Assembly (NCBI RefSeq): GCF_009914755.1
Contig: NC_060934.1
Length of the DNA stretch: 64,000 nt
Direction: 5' to 3' (one strand)
Source of the DNA: the human T2T-CHM13v2.0 reference genome, Homo sapiens
Of this stretch, positions 61,830 to 64,000 are shown one piece after another. The first letter of the stretch is position 1. Each line of letters begins with the position of its first letter. A program made the position numbers and the translations under genes. Below the pieces are notes generated by a model. It was given only the letters and a program-made list of their open reading frames with translations, was not told the DNA's origin and did not search any database.

Positions 61830-62597
61830 TGTATTAGTCAAGGTTATCCAGAGAAACAGAACCAATAAAGGAGATAGATAGATGTAGACATAGATATAGA
61901 TACAGATATATCTCCTATATAATAGGATATGGCTGTAAACATAGTTGTCCTTATCTTAACAGCTTTCACCCTGAAAATGTGGCAGCCTCTATCACATCCC
62001 AAAAGGCCTTGCCCCAGAGGTTGCAAACTCAAATGCCTTCAGGGGCTGAATAAGTAATGAATAAATTGGAAATATGCCAATATAGAGTGTGAGAAGTGTG
62101 GTGAGCTTGAAAGTACATGCTTAAACTAAAAAACAAATCGGATTCAATTTTTAAGATGCTTTTTTGGAAAAGCTATATATATATATGAGAGGAGAGAGAG
62201 AGAGGAGATTTATTGCAGGAATTGGCCCATGCGGCTATGGAGGCTAAGTCCCATAATCTGCCATCTGGCCTGAGAATTGAGTGGCTGATGGAGTAAGTGC
62301 TGGTCTGAGCCCTAAAGCCTGAGAACCAAGAGCATCGTTATCTGATGTCTGAGGGCAGGAGAAGATGGATGTTTCAGTTTAAGCAGAAAGAGCAAATTTG
62401 CCCTTTCCTCCACTTTTTCTTCTACTCAGGCGCTCAACAGGTTGGAGATGCACCCCCACATGGGTGAGGATGGGTCTTCCTTCCTCAGTCTACTGATTCC
62501 AGAAACACCCTCACAGACACATCCAGAAATAATGTTTTCCCAGCTATCTGGACATCCCTTAGCCCAGTCAAGTTGACACATAACATAAAACATCACA
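61830..62597 (-). mobile_element. MLT2 (ERVL) LTR
   Basis: tgtattagtcaaggttatccagagaaacagaaccaata...cccagtcaagttgacacataa...catcaca; 5-bp TSD GCCCC. Confidence 0.92.
61929..62172 (+). repeat. Copy of 58485-58714 inserted in the MLT2 (TA)n region
   Basis: Colinear, roughly 80% identical by eye. Confidence 0.93.
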
Positions 62598-64000
62598 GCC
62601 CCCCAAAAAATCCAATTTCTCACCCTATGGAAACTGTGAATGTTTCCTTGCATGGGCAAAGGGGTCTTTGCAGGATCTTGAAATGAGGAAATTATTCTGG
62701 ATCATCCAGGTAGGCCCTAAATTAATCCCAAGTGTCCTATAAGAGGGAGGCAGAGGATGATTAGACTACAGAAGAGACACATGACAGAAGACGAGGGAGG
62801 CAGTCTCAGAGGTAGAAAATGCTATGCCACTGGCTTTGAAGATGGAGGAAGGGGCTGCAAGCCAAGAAATAACAGCAGCCACCAGAGGCTGAAAGAGGCA
62901 AGAAACAGATTCTCCCCTGGAGCCTCCAGAAGGAACCAGTCCTACTGTCACCTGGATTTTAACCTCATAAGACTCAATTTGGACTTTGCATTTCCAGAAC
63001 TGTAAGAGGATGAATTTCTGTTGTATAAACCACTAAGTTTGTGGCCATTTGTTACAGCAGCCACAGGAAACCAACACAGAGTGCTCATTTTATCCAGAGG
63101 CTCCTTTATAGCACAGTAGGATCTTCAAGGAAATCAGGGGAGCAAGGATGCTTTAGGGATAAACAGCTGTTAAGACTCTTTGGAGAAAACACATTTTGGT
63201 ACCTCTCTTAACCACAGGGAGAATCCAGTTAAACTTTCTTTTGCCCTGGGTTTGGAGGGAAAGGAAGGAGCTGGTGATCCCAATCTATTTGCAGCAATGC
63301 AAGAGTCAATAGCCAAAATGGTCATTTTTTGCAGTTTTTTAAAACAATAGAGTTTGTTATTTCTTTTCCAAATGCATCAGCAGGACCAGTGGAGAAGGTC
63401 TGGAAAGCAATAGCTAAGATTAGCTCCCAAGCTCCCACTGAGACCTTGAGTGGCTGTCAGCTCTGCAGGGAACAGCAGCAAACCCTCACGCAAATGGCCT
63501 ATAAAAAAGGCCTTGTCAGAGGCACCTTGACCTGCCAGGGCTTCTCTGGTACTCTGATTCCCAGCGGCCCTCCCAGGGTTATGCTCCCTTGCATGATGTA
63601 TTTCCCCTGCCTTTTTTAGAGCTGCATTATGCTTGCTCCAGGAAACAGCCTCTTCCTTCTCATAAACACAGCCTTGAGTTTCTGACCAAGCACCCTGCCA
63701 CTCCGTGGCTCCTTGTCCATCCATCACACCTTGCTGTCACCCTGGCCGCGATTGTGAAGAACTGGTCCAACTCCAGAAGTGAAGTCAGGGTGGGGAGAAG
63801 GAAGGGGCAAGCCATGGGAGCAGCCGAGGTCACACACACCCCAATTCCAGCCCACTGATGAATTCCTTGGAAGCTGGCTGGACGGCACAGTGAGCAAGCC
63901 TTTCCGATGACCCAGCAAGTATGTTGGAAAGGTCTTGATAAGGTCACCACCAGAGCTAGGCTTGGCATTTCCACTCCCTCAGCTGCATGTGCAGAGCTCA

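Larger units (their letters stand above)
61806..63078 (+). mobile_element. MLT1D-like MaLR LTR interrupted by MLT2
   Basis: tatggcaggctaaataatggcccc...ggctttgaagatggaggaagggg...ttctcccctggagcctccagaaggaac...ttgttacagcagccacaggaaaccaacaca; TSD gag(g/t)g. Confidence 0.9.

Overview
Primate genomic DNA, human-like (it carries AluY and L1PA4-type insertions). It is intergenic or deep-intronic, and I can support no protein-coding gene. Most long ORFs in the track come from Alu, L1, L2 or microsatellites. Roughly half the window is interspersed repeat: about 30 Alu copies or monomers, MIRs, L2, a CR1/L3 relic, MER5 and Tigger3 DNA elements, MaLR/ERVL LTRs (two nested sets), a 5'-truncated L1PA4-like copy, and a ~12 kb near-full-length ancient L1M carrying many nested insertions. 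The most notable non-routine observations are: (1) an L1-retrotransposed internal 28S rRNA fragment; (2) a well-formed minus-strand non-coding exon candidate at 27410-27582, possibly part of a spliced lncRNA; (3) two old local duplications that transposition does not explain; (4) several template-switch micro-inversions at Alus; (5) a CpG-retaining L2 region with a CTCF-like motif; and (6) candidate enhancers. I found no evidence for a new multi-gene biological system. I could not identify the locus. Repeat subfamily names are recalled from consensus sequences and boundaries are approximate.
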